DNA of 24,978 nucleotides from Nitrospinota bacterium (GTDB lineage Bacteria > UBA8248): assembly GCA_046581755.1 (NCBI GenBank), contig JAYGFR010000155.1, forward strand, positions 1 to 24,978, written 5' to 3'. The translations under genes were made by a program, and so were the position numbers. A model generated the notes under the pieces. It had not been told where the DNA came from and did not search any database. It was given only the letters and a program-made list of their open reading frames with translations. Shown here piece after piece: positions 1 through 8,637 of the stretch (position 1 is the first letter of the stretch; every line of letters starts with the position of its first letter).

Positions 1-123
1 CTTGACGGGCATGTTGGCCTCCGAAAAAGGTCTTGCTGTTGGATCTCGGAGGCTATCATAAGTGCTGGAAATTCAAGAATATTCGGTCGGACGAACCCAC
101 CCTAAATTCGCTGGTCCAGGACA
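1..123 (-). mobile_element. Left end of an IS-like (DDE integrase/transposase) element; the element extends off the left edge of the window
   Basis: 3..123 aligns with 16445..16566 (about 23 mismatches and 1 gap in 122 nt, counted by hand). Similarity stops abruptly at a 5'-TGTCCTGGACCAG end on the minus strand. GGAGG-N5-ATG CCC GTC (start codon at 12..10) matches the start of the dead ORF in the second copy. Confidence 0.6.
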
Positions 124-215
124 GCGGTAAATTCCACCTCAAAAAGATGGGCCCGGTGTCCCTGAAAAACATCGGCGATCCCGTCGAGGTTTGGGAGGCG
201 AAGCCGGACCGCCGC
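124..215 (+). pseudogene. Possible 3' remnant of a class III adenylate/guanylate cyclase domain, cut by the IS end
   Basis: Immediately after the IS end the frame reads GKFHLKKMGPVSLKNIGDPVEVWEA, resembling the cyclase C-terminal 'lG...LKNI..PV.vy' motif. Short match only; the right boundary is approximate. Confidence 0.4.
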
Positions 216-365
216 ACGGCCCCCCACTATGCGAGAGCGCCCGGCCCGAGTTCTCCCCGGGGGGGGTTGATCAAATCGCCCGAGAAAAGTCGCATGGTGG
301 ATCTGCAAACGCGTCTGAGGGGGCAGTATGGGTCGATGCGGGTGATGTCAATCAACCTTGCGAAA

Positions 366-1040
366 TTATATTTGGCGCCCTTCACCCTGATCTTCCCCCT
401 CCAGCCCGCTCACACCGAAGCCGGCGTGTTTCACCTTGTAGCGGCGGTTCAGGTGGATGAGGAGAGGCGTCATCCCCTCCACCACGCGGGCGTGGCGCAG
501 TGGGCCCACCTCGAGCGCCCGGAAGCCGCACCGCCGCGCGAGGTGCAGGGCCGCATCGCGGGCGTCCGCATGATCGCTACATACGAAGACGTCCCCCTCC
601 GCCGAGGCGGCGAGGTCGTGCAGGAGGGTGAAGGCGATCGTCTGGAAAGCAGCGGCGACGTGCACGGCAGGGCCAAGGAACTCCTGGGCCTCCTCGGCGG
701 CGCTCAGCGCCGCGTCGCGCAGATGCGCGGGTCGCGCGGGATCGACGGGGGCGGTTACGTCGATGAGCACCTTCCCCGCGAGGGCATCGCGCACCTCATC
801 GAGCGTCGCCCGGTGGGCGCTGTAGGGCACGGTCAGGACGGCCACCTCGGCCGCCCCGGCAGCCTCGCGGTTCGAGGCGCCGCGGATGAGATTCGCACCC
901 AAGCGTTCGTTGAGCTCGGCGGAAACGCGGGCGGCTTTCTCCGCTCTGCGCGAGCCGAGCGTGACCTCCTCATGGCGCGCCCAGCGCAGGGCGAGGCCGC
1001 TGCCCTCTTTTCCCGTCCCGCCCAAAATGGCAATCCGCAT
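366..1040 (-). CDS. npdG: NADPH-dependent F420 reductase
   Basis: N-terminal MRIAILGGTGKEGSGLALRWA Rossmann motif, GSR, VLTVPY, SAAE, AFQTI, VEGMTPLLIHLNRRY. GGAGGT RBS precedes the ATG at 1040, so the start is moved from 1061. Confidence 0.9.
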   Translation of the reverse strand: MRIAILGGTGKEGSGLALRWARHEEVTLGSRRAEKAARVSAELNERLGANLIRGASNREAAGAAEVAVLTVPYSAHRATLDEVRDALAGKVLIDVTAPVDPARPAHLRDAALSAAEEAQEFLGPAVHVAAAFQTIAFTLLHDLAASAEGDVFVCSDHADARDAALHLARRCGFRALEVGPLRHARVVEGMTPLLIHLNRRYKVKHAGFGVSGLEGEDQGEGRQI

Positions 1041-1232
1041 GGCCCACCTCCGCTCGTTCACTCGGCGAAGACCACTTTAACACGGCGCCCCCTGGATCAA
1101 AAACCGTGAGCGGCAGAACCTACACCGCGCGCCTATTGGATTCGGAATTCGACCTCACTCCTCCAACCATTTCGTGATGCCGATCGCGCTCAAGATGAAC
1201 ATGACCTGTGCAAGGCGAATTAATAATTCGCC

Positions 1233-1463
1233 ATGCACAGGCAATCGGCCAGGATTGAGGCGGGATAAATCCATCTCCCCGAGGATGCCTCCTGGCTTCC
1301 AGACTTCGAAAGGGAGATCCTCCAGTTCCCGGACGGCCGGTATGACGATCAGGTGAACTCGATGTCCCAGGCCCTGGCGTGGGCCAAAAACCGGGGGCTT
1401 CGGCGGATCAGTGCCGGCGGAACCCGAGAAGTTTATTCCAGGTATGGCCGATTCCGGGGTTGA
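1233..1463 (+). pseudogene. Phage terminase large subunit, C-terminal nuclease-domain relic
   Basis: Frame reads MHRQSARIEAG*IHLPEDASWLPDFEREILQFPDGRYDDQVNSMSQALAW, matching the FPxGxxDDQVD motif, with in-frame TAA at 1266-1268 and D-to-N in the motif. Not in the ORF track. Confidence 0.75.
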
Positions 1464-1508
1464 CTCCTGGCCCCAGGAAGCGTCCATGTCCGGCAGGGAG
1501 GGCCGGTC

Positions 1509-1937
1509 ATGGACGCTAATCTCGAAACCGAAATCATCCGATTGAAAGGGCTGAATCTCCGCCAACTGCGGCGATATTGGGAATCTCACCTGGGTGAAGA
1601 GACTCCCTCCCTCAGAAGTGCCGATACCATTCGGCGCCTGCTTGCGTACAAATTTCAGGAAATAATCCGGGGCGGCCTCCCCCCGGCAACTCGAAAAAAG
1701 CTCCGAAAAATCGCCAGTGATCCTTCCCGGAATCCGGTCCCGGAACCTCCCCAGGGACCGCGCCTCAAGCCTGGCACGGTCCTGACGCGTGAATGGCAGG
1801 GAACCCTCCACCAGGTCCGGGCTCTGGATGACGGGTTTGAGTTCGAAGGAAAGCGCCTCGCCTCTCTTTCCGAGGCGGCCCGGAAGATCGTCGGCACCCG
1901 CTGGTCGGGTCCCCTCTTCTTTGGGCTCAAAAAATGA
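1509..1937 (+). CDS. DUF2924 domain protein
   Basis: GTVLTREWQG...FEGKRLASLSEAARKIVGTRWSGPLFFGL signature, GGAGG RBS, ATGA overlap with the recombinase start. Confidence 0.85.
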   Translation: MDANLETEIIRLKGLNLRQLRRYWESHLGEETPSLRSADTIRRLLAYKFQEIIRGGLPPATRKKLRKIASDPSRNPVPEPPQGPRLKPGTVLTREWQGTLHQVRALDDGFEFEGKRLASLSEAARKIVGTRWSGPLFFGLKK

Positions 1938-3538
1938 GCCGCTCTCCCCATCTCCGCTGTGCCATCTACACCCGAAAATCCTCGGAAGAGGGTCTGGACC
2001 AGGAGTTCAACTCGCTCGACGCTTAGCGGGAAGCTCGTGAGGCCTACATCAAAAGCCAAGCTGGCGAAGGATGGGAGCTGATGGATTCGCTCTACGATGA
2101 CGGCGGCTTCTTGGGCGGGTCATTGGAGCGCCCCGGCCTTCAAAATTCCTGGCAGATATTGGAAAGAATCGGATCGACGTGGTTGTCGTTTACAAGGAGG
2201 ATCGCCTCACCCGCTCCCTCACCGACTTTTCCGAAATCGTCGAGACATTCGAATCAAACAAGGTATCGTTCGTCTCGGTGACCCAGGCCTTCAACACGAC
2301 AACCTCGATAGGAAGGCTCACCCTGAACGTGCTTTTATCCTTCGCCCAGTTCGAGCTCGAGGTCATCGGGGAGCGGATCAGGGACAAGATCGTGGCCTCC
2401 AAAAAGAAAGGCCTGTGGATGGGGGGCGTTCCGTCCCTGGGATACGACGTCAAAGATCGAAAGCTCGTCGTGAATTCGGGAGAAGCCAAGCGGGTTCTTT
2501 CAATATACCGGCGCTATCTGAAGCTGGGCTCGGTTCCGGATCTAGTAGACGATTTGAAAAAATGGAAGATTCGGGGCAAGTCCTGGACGACGCAAAAAGG
2601 GGTCCGCCGAAGGGGCGGGTTCATGGCCCGGGGGGCTCTCTACCGGCTCCTCCGGATTCCCGTTTATCTGGGCCGCATCTCCCACAAGGAAAAGAGCTAC
2701 GCCGGATCGCACGAGCCGATCGTTCCCAAAGACCTCTGGGAAAAAGCCCGGGCCCTTCTCTCCTCTCAGGGCGGGAAACGAAACGGGTCAGGCTCGGCGG
2801 AACCCAGGAACCTTCTCTCGGGGCTTCTCTTCGATGACATGGGAAACCCGATGCAGCACTCCCATGCCACCAAGGCGGGAGGCCGGCGCTACCGGTACTA
2901 CGTGAGCAAACCGCTCCTGAACCGGAACCCAGGCATCCCGGGATCCATTCCCCGGGTTCCAGCCCAGGCCATCGAGGAACTTGTCAGGGAGCTGCTCCCG
3001 GCTCCCTTGCAGAAGGAATGGAAGGGATTGCCGCCAGGTGAGCAGGTGAGGCGCATTCGGGAAACGGTCCAGCGCGTCGAGCTTGGGGCGAACGAGGTGG
3101 AGATGGTCCTGTCGAAAAGCGATCTTGATTCGCGGGTGTGCCGGATGAATCAGCAAAGTATCCAGAGAGAGCGAATCATCGAGAAAGGCGATTCCCTGAT
3201 TCTTCGAATTCCCGTCCGACTCAAGACCCAGGGCGGGGAAAAGATCATCCATGTGCCGGGCGGGGGGAGTCCTCGCTGCGAGAGCCAACTCGACCAGGCG
3301 CTTATCAGGGCGGTGGCCCGGTCTTTTGACCGAACTGGCCCGGAGAGAGGGATGTACAGACGATTATATCCGGAAAATTCTGAAAATGGCCTTCCTCGCA
3401 CCTGATGTCGTGGAGACCATCCTTGCAGGAAGACAACCGAGCGGGCTTGGCTTGTCGCACATCCTTGGGATGGACCTGCCTCTCTCCTGGGAAACCCAGC
3501 GAAATATGCTGGAAATTCACACACACCCTATCGCCTGA
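1934..3538 (+). pseudogene. Large serine recombinase (resolvase plus recombinase domains), disrupted
   Basis: ATG 1934 reads RCAIYTRKSSEEGLDQEFNSLDA*RE (TAG 2024-2026), then [15 protein letters not shown], a frameshift near 2141-2146, [44 protein letters not shown], and a second frameshift/deletion near 3325 before LAPDVVETILAGRQP. TGA at 3536-3538. Confidence 0.9.
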
Positions 3539-3756
3539 ATACCCCCCAAACCCGACCTTGTTTTTGGCGGCAGAGAATTGGGCGCTTTCAGGCTGGGTTT
3601 GGAGCTGAAAGATTCTCTGGAACAACCATTTTTTCCGCCCGAATCCCCCCAATACGCCTACAGCCCGGGACCTTTTGAGGTTCCTGGCCTGTGGAGAATT
3701 CTTGGTGAGACTCTTTGGTGGTGGGTGCAGTCTCCTGCGAACACTTCTCTGCCAAA

Positions 3757-3892
3757 TTCCCTGTTTAACAGGGAAAATACAGGGAATATTTTCATTTTTG
3801 AGGGCTTATATCCCCCATATCTAACTGATTTGCCTTCGGTTAAATGGTTTCAGGAATTTATCATCAAAAACGGAACAGGGAATAACAGGGAA
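3757..3892. repeat. Cluster of (A)ACAGGGAA repeats including a palindrome
   Basis: TTCCCTGTT-T-AACAGGGAA at 3757-3775, ACAGGGAA at 3779-3786, AACAGGGAA at 3874-3882 and 3884-3892. Confidence 0.8.
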
Positions 3893-4179
3893 ATGGATTG
3901 ATAATTATCTGTGAAACACTTCCCTACCGATTCATTCGAATATTTGGACAGGACGAGGTGACTGTTCCGGCGGTGTCGGGCCCGTGGCACCAGCAAAAAA
4001 TCCACCCCATCCTTCCCAAGTTCGTTGATAATTGTAGTAATAATTTTTGTATAAGAGAATAAGCAGGGTACGCACCATCCGGCTGCTGAAATTGGTGGAT
4101 TGACGACCATTTATGGATTGGCGTCATTCCCTTCAGCTTCTCGGGATGATGAACACCGGGAGCGGGAGGAGCGAGACCA

Positions 4180-4446
4180 ATGCCGAAACTCATATGGGCG
4201 GAGACGCAATTCCTTTTGAGCCCCATGGGAGACAGCTACGACGCCCCGATTGAATGGTGCGCCGATTCCGAACTTGGGTTTACGGGGTTCATACGTCGAA
4301 ATTATGATGGGACGCTAGGGCGCCGATATAGCGACGGGACATTGGGAGTCTTCCAGGGACGTGACCAGGTCGATGACGTGAAATACGCGAGCCTAGAAGC
4401 CGCGAAGGCCACTGTACAGAATCGCGAAGATGAAAAGGAATCATGA
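4180..4446 (+). CDS. Hypothetical small acidic protein
   Basis: GGAGGAG upstream of the ATG; 88 aa with an internal DGTLG repeat. No family recognised. Confidence 0.35.
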   Translation: MPKLIWAETQFLLSPMGDSYDAPIEWCADSELGFTGFIRRNYDGTLGRRYSDGTLGVFQGRDQVDDVKYASLEAAKATVQNREDEKES

Positions 4447-4838
4447 AATTAAAATTTGGGACACTAGTCCACCGCCCAAGCGAGTTCTGATGCCCCGGAG
4501 TTACCCAAATTGTCCCGTTTGATTGGGCCGCGAAATTGCATCGGACTTCTACCTTGGCCGTATAGGAGTCGAGGCCTGCGAGGGTGACTTCCACGTTAAG
4601 AAGCTCATTGCCCATCGGCCAAATAAAAACCCCTCTTCGTAGTCCCATTAGGACAATCCTGCAGATTTCGGCGATTTGGCTGCCCAATCCCCTAACAGTC
4701 CGCGAAGGTGCCCTCGACTATATTGGCCCACCAGTCCACTCCGTACCCGACCCTAATTCCCGAGGCGCTCAACTGATTTACCAGTATCCGTCGAGTTTGA
4801 GGGCGACGAACCGAAAGCGAAGGCTATCGGTCGTGCCT

Positions 4839-5222
4839 CTACCGGGGGTAATCGGCCTTCTCGGGAATGACCTGTCGCACTCCCCCCTGGGGACGGGAGG
4901 AATCACCCGTGTACCGGGGAATCAGATGGATGTGGACATGGAGGATACTCTGCCCCGCGGCCGCACTCACGTTCACACCTACGTTGTAGCCTTCGGGATT
5001 GAATTCGTCATCCAGTGCCCTTTGCTCGTGCACCAATAACTCCATGCAGGCGGTCATTTCTTCTGGGGTGAGATTGAAGAAGCTGGGACAGTGCCGGAAC
5101 GGGATAATTAAAGAATGGCCCGGGCTGACGGGGTAGCTGTCGCGCGTGCAGTAGGCTAGCGCATTGCGCCTCGTCACTCCGCGTGGGGTGCAAAATAGAC
5201 AAGGGTCATTCGGGTTATTCAT
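4839..5222 (-). CDS. HIT family nucleotide hydrolase
   Basis: CLFC zinc motif, YPVSPGHSLIIP, AAGQSILHVHIHLIPR histidine triad. Confidence 0.92.
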   Translation of the reverse strand: MNNPNDPCLFCTPRGVTRRNALAYCTRDSYPVSPGHSLIIPFRHCPSFFNLTPEEMTACMELLVHEQRALDDEFNPEGYNVGVNVSAAAGQSILHVHIHLIPRYTGDSSRPQGGVRQVIPEKADYPR

Positions 5223-5265
5223 GATTCCAGACGTCTGATGGACATTGCCAGGGCGGCAACCTTCT

Positions 5266-6456
5266 CTAGCTTGGGCGGCGATTCAGGTCTTCCACCTGAA
5301 GAGGGGACAGCTCTGAACCGTCCACTTTGTTCGAACTTTCCGCGTACAGCATGGCCACGAACCGGTAGACGATGTGAGCAAACTTCGAATACGGGATATA
5401 GACCAATAGGAAGAAGACGAAGATCAGATGTACGAAGTAGGTTGGATAGGCTAGCCGTGGGACGTCGGCAAGGCGGAGGACCTCGCAAAGGAAACCAGTG
5501 AGAGTCGTGAGCACCAGGATGTCCAGGAAGAGCCAGTCAGAATACGCGCTCTTCCCCGCTTTCTCTTGGTCTACGATGCGGCGCCAAATGAAGACGGCAA
5601 GGCCCGCAATAAGCGCGGCGCCACTCACATTGCCGAGAATCTTCACGGGATGCCAGAGCGGCCATGGTGTCAGGTAACCGAAGGCGTAAATACCAATACC
5701 GACCGATGTAGTCGTCACCAAGAGGCCCATAAAACCCCAGAAGACAGCCAGATGGGTCTTGTGGAGATGAGACTTATGTGTCTCCAGTGTCCCCACAGGT
5801 TCCTCCTGGCATTCTTTGAATCTCTTGTGTTGGAAGATTGTGAGCAGCGTCGGAATCAGGCCCTTCGCGGGGCCTTTGCCATTCCCTCCCACCTCCTGGC
5901 TCATGGCCTTCCAGTACCGAAGGCCCCCCACCACCGCACCGATCCCGGACAAGGTTGTCGCCGCGACAAAGATCGCCTCGATATAAATGATCGGAAAGAA
6001 TTTGGAATAAACGATCTGGCCCACCGGGAGCGAGGTAAGGTGACCGAGCCAGCCAAGAAGCAAGAAGAGGATAATCGCCGGGATGGCGAACAGGAGCGGT
6101 AGGTACTTCGGTTCGCTTAGAGCCCGCCCCATGAACTTGGGAACCGCGTAGTGGGTAATGCTGTAGTCCCTGAGCGCTGCCATGACGTCAGATGGCTTGG
6201 CCTCCCTGGGGCAGTATGCGGTGCATGTCCCGCACTGATGGCACAGCCAGATGGAGGAGTTGGCCAGTGCCCGATCCTTCAGCCCCCACTGAACCCAGAT
6301 CATTTCCTTCCGTGGGAACGGGTTGTCCTCTGTGGCGATCGGACAAACGACAGAGCAAGTCCCGCACTGATAGCAAGCGGTCAGATCATGGGCACCGAGG
6401 CCCAGAATCCGCCGCTTGAATTCGAGGTCCGGTTCCAGCAATGTCATTTCAGGCAT
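5266..6456 (-). CDS. qmoC: Quinone-interacting membrane-bound oxidoreductase subunit C
   Basis: CYQCGTCSVVCP and WLCHQCGTCTAYCP ferredoxin motifs, PFPRKEMIWVQWG, hydrophobic C-terminal half with HL..FWGF, HLIFVF and PYSKFAH heme-b ligands; follows qmoAB. ATG 6456 preferred over TTG 6462. Confidence 0.93.
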   Translation of the reverse strand: MPEMTLLEPDLEFKRRILGLGAHDLTACYQCGTCSVVCPIATEDNPFPRKEMIWVQWGLKDRALANSSIWLCHQCGTCTAYCPREAKPSDVMAALRDYSITHYAVPKFMGRALSEPKYLPLLFAIPAIILFLLLGWLGHLTSLPVGQIVYSKFFPIIYIEAIFVAATTLSGIGAVVGGLRYWKAMSQEVGGNGKGPAKGLIPTLLTIFQHKRFKECQEEPVGTLETHKSHLHKTHLAVFWGFMGLLVTTTSVGIGIYAFGYLTPWPLWHPVKILGNVSGAALIAGLAVFIWRRIVDQEKAGKSAYSDWLFLDILVLTTLTGFLCEVLRLADVPRLAYPTYFVHLIFVFFLLVYIPYSKFAHIVYRFVAMLYAESSNKVDGSELSPLQVEDLNRRPS

Positions 6457-6485
6457 CGGCAAGTTCCTTGTGATTTTATTGGGTG

Positions 6486-8630
6486 TTAAAAGCCTTTAAA
6501 TGGGTTGAGGCCGACTTCCCTCACGGTCTCGACGAACTCCTCCAACATACCGGGGATCTTGTCGCTGTCCGATATCTCAACCTCCATCACTTTGACGCGC
6601 TCGGCCTCGAGGGCAAGCCGGTCGAGGGTTTCCTTAATGTTTTCCATCCGGTTCTCCAGCAATTCGCTCCCTCTGATGAAGTGGCACTGGTAATCTTCGC
6701 CGGGCTTGCACCCCATCAGAGCCACCCCGTCGAAGCCCCGAGACATCGCATCGGCGATCAGGATGCTGTTGACCGATCCAAGGCACCTCACCGGGATGAC
6801 CCTCACCGAGGCGGGGTAGTTGAGACGGCTTATCCCCGCCATGTCCAAGGCGGGGTAGGCATCGTTCTCGCAGGCAAAGACCAGGATCCTGGGTTTCTCC
6901 TCGTCATCCTCGGGTATCTCCACGGCCTTGATCATCGAGGAAATCATATCCACGGAGTAGTCGTCGAATGAGATAATCTGGACGGGGCAGGCTCCCATGC
7001 AGATCCCGCAGCGCCGGCACCGGTTGGGGTCGAGAGAAGGATGCTGGTTGTCATCCACCTCGAGAGCGCCGAACGGGCACTCCTGGGAGCACCTCCCGCA
7101 GGAGGTGCATCGCTGCATGAAGAATGACGGGTAGGAGAGATCCCCCACCCTCGGATGCACCGCCACGCCGGCGGAGGATTTCTCGATGCACTGGATGGCC
7201 TTGAGCGCGGCCGCCGTTCCGTCCTGGGCGCTGGCGGCGAGATCCATGGCCTGCCTCACCGCCCCGGCCGAGTAGATGCCGGTACGGCGTGTTTCGTAGG
7301 GGAAACAGATGAAGTGAGAGTCGGCGAACCCGAACTTTGTAGTGGGCAGGTCCTTCCCTTGCAGGAATTGAAGGTTGAGGGATCCCGAGGCTTCTGGATC
7401 CAGGGTGGCCGGGACCATTCCCGCGGAGAGGACAAGTATGTCCACCTCCATCCGGATGGCGCCCCCCATGAGGGTGTTGTCTACCTCAAGGAGAACCTTA
7501 TGCTCGGGGCCTTCGGCGACGCTCCGAATCTCCCCCTGGGAGAACAGCACCCCCTCGTCTTTCTGCACCCGCTTATAGAAGTACTCGTACTGCCCCGGCG
7601 TCTGCATATCCTTGTAGAGGATGTACACGATTGAATCCGGGAGCCGCTCGCGGATATACATGGCCTGCTTGAGCGCCACCAGGCTCGACACGTTCCCGCC
7701 GTACGGGAAGTGGGAGTCGTCTCCAGGGCCGTCGCATAGAACGAAGGCGGCACTCCTTACTGGCTGTCCGTCGGAAGGGCGTACGATCTCACCCCGTGAG
7801 GCCATCTCCTCCAGCGTGATACTGGTCACCACGTTGGGGTAGCTGCCGAGCCCGTACGACGAGAAAATCGCGGGATCAGCTTCCGTCCATCCGGTGGCCA
7901 TCACGATAGCTCCCACCGCCATCCGCTCCTCGGCGCCCCCGTGCCTGATCGTCACCTCGAAGTGGCCCGGCTGGCCCGAGATCCCCGCGACCTCCGCTTC
8001 CGTGAACACACGGACGTTGGAGAGGGATTCGACCTCATGAATCTTGGAGTGGATGTCAACGGGTTCCAGGCCATCGTAGGGGGAGCGCTTGGGAAACTGC
8101 ATATGGAGCCGAGCGGCGTATCCTCCCAGCTTAGCGCTCTTCTCGACGAGGACTACATCGAAACCGGTCCCGGCCGAATCGATGGCTGCGGCAAGTCCCG
8201 CCGCACCGCCCCCCACTATTAGGACCGTCCGCTCGTTTGCCTCCGTAAACGGGGTCGGAGGGGTCGCTTTTTGTGCCCGGACAATCCCCATCCGCAAGTA
8301 GTCTTCGGCCATGCTTTGGGTTTCGGGATGGTTGGCGGGATGGCTCCACACAACCTGCTCCCGGATGTTGACCCGCTCTACGAACGTGCCCTTGAAACCG
8401 AAGACGTCGGTATTGACGCGCGGAGAGCAAGCGGCGATGACGACGGTATCGACCCCCTCGCGCTCGATGTCGTCCTTGATTAGCTGGGCGTCTTCCAGGC
8501 AGAAGGCGGGAGAGGTCCTAACGATGGGGATGTTGTTCTCCGTCGTGGCGACATCGATGAGCTTTCCGCTATCGAGGCAGGTTCCGATGTCGCATCCACT
8601 GCAGATGTAGACGCCGATTTTTTTCTCCAT
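6486..8630 (-). CDS. qmoB: QmoB, HdrA-like flavoprotein with C-terminal MvhD domain
   Basis: MEKKIGVYICSGC, AACSPRV, GGGAAG FAD motif, ICFPYETRRTG, two CxxCxxCxxxCP motifs, CENDAYP...RCLGS...CHF MvhD domain, NPFKGF end. Confidence 0.95.
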   Translation of the reverse strand: MEKKIGVYICSGCDIGTCLDSGKLIDVATTENNIPIVRTSPAFCLEDAQLIKDDIEREGVDTVVIAACSPRVNTDVFGFKGTFVERVNIREQVVWSHPANHPETQSMAEDYLRMGIVRAQKATPPTPFTEANERTVLIVGGGAAGLAAAIDSAGTGFDVVLVEKSAKLGGYAARLHMQFPKRSPYDGLEPVDIHSKIHEVESLSNVRVFTEAEVAGISGQPGHFEVTIRHGGAEERMAVGAIVMATGWTEADPAIFSSYGLGSYPNVVTSITLEEMASRGEIVRPSDGQPVRSAAFVLCDGPGDDSHFPYGGNVSSLVALKQAMYIRERLPDSIVYILYKDMQTPGQYEYFYKRVQKDEGVLFSQGEIRSVAEGPEHKVLLEVDNTLMGGAIRMEVDILVLSAGMVPATLDPEASGSLNLQFLQGKDLPTTKFGFADSHFICFPYETRRTGIYSAGAVRQAMDLAASAQDGTAAALKAIQCIEKSSAGVAVHPRVGDLSYPSFFMQRCTSCGRCSQECPFGALEVDDNQHPSLDPNRCRRCGICMGACPVQIISFDDYSVDMISSMIKAVEIPEDDEEKPRILVFACENDAYPALDMAGISRLNYPASVRVIPVRCLGSVNSILIADAMSRGFDGVALMGCKPGEDYQCHFIRGSELLENRMENIKETLDRLALEAERVKVMEVEISDSDKIPGMLEEFVETVREVGLNPFKGF

Positions 8631-8637
8631 CCGGGAC

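Noticed and set aside
33..1109. 358-aa plus-strand ORF
   Set aside because: A chimera of IS-end sequence, a short cyclase-like remnant and the antisense shadow of GC-rich npdG.
3716..3750. tRNA gene
   Set aside because: Only a 3'-end-like segment; no D arm or anticodon arm can be folded.
3757..3892. CRISPR array
   Set aside because: Repeats are only 8-9 nt, irregularly spaced, with no cas genes. No CRISPR array was seen elsewhere in the window.
4289..4838. ORFs 4289..4687 (-) and 4584..5039 (+)
   Set aside because: They conflict with better-supported ORFs and show no family signal.
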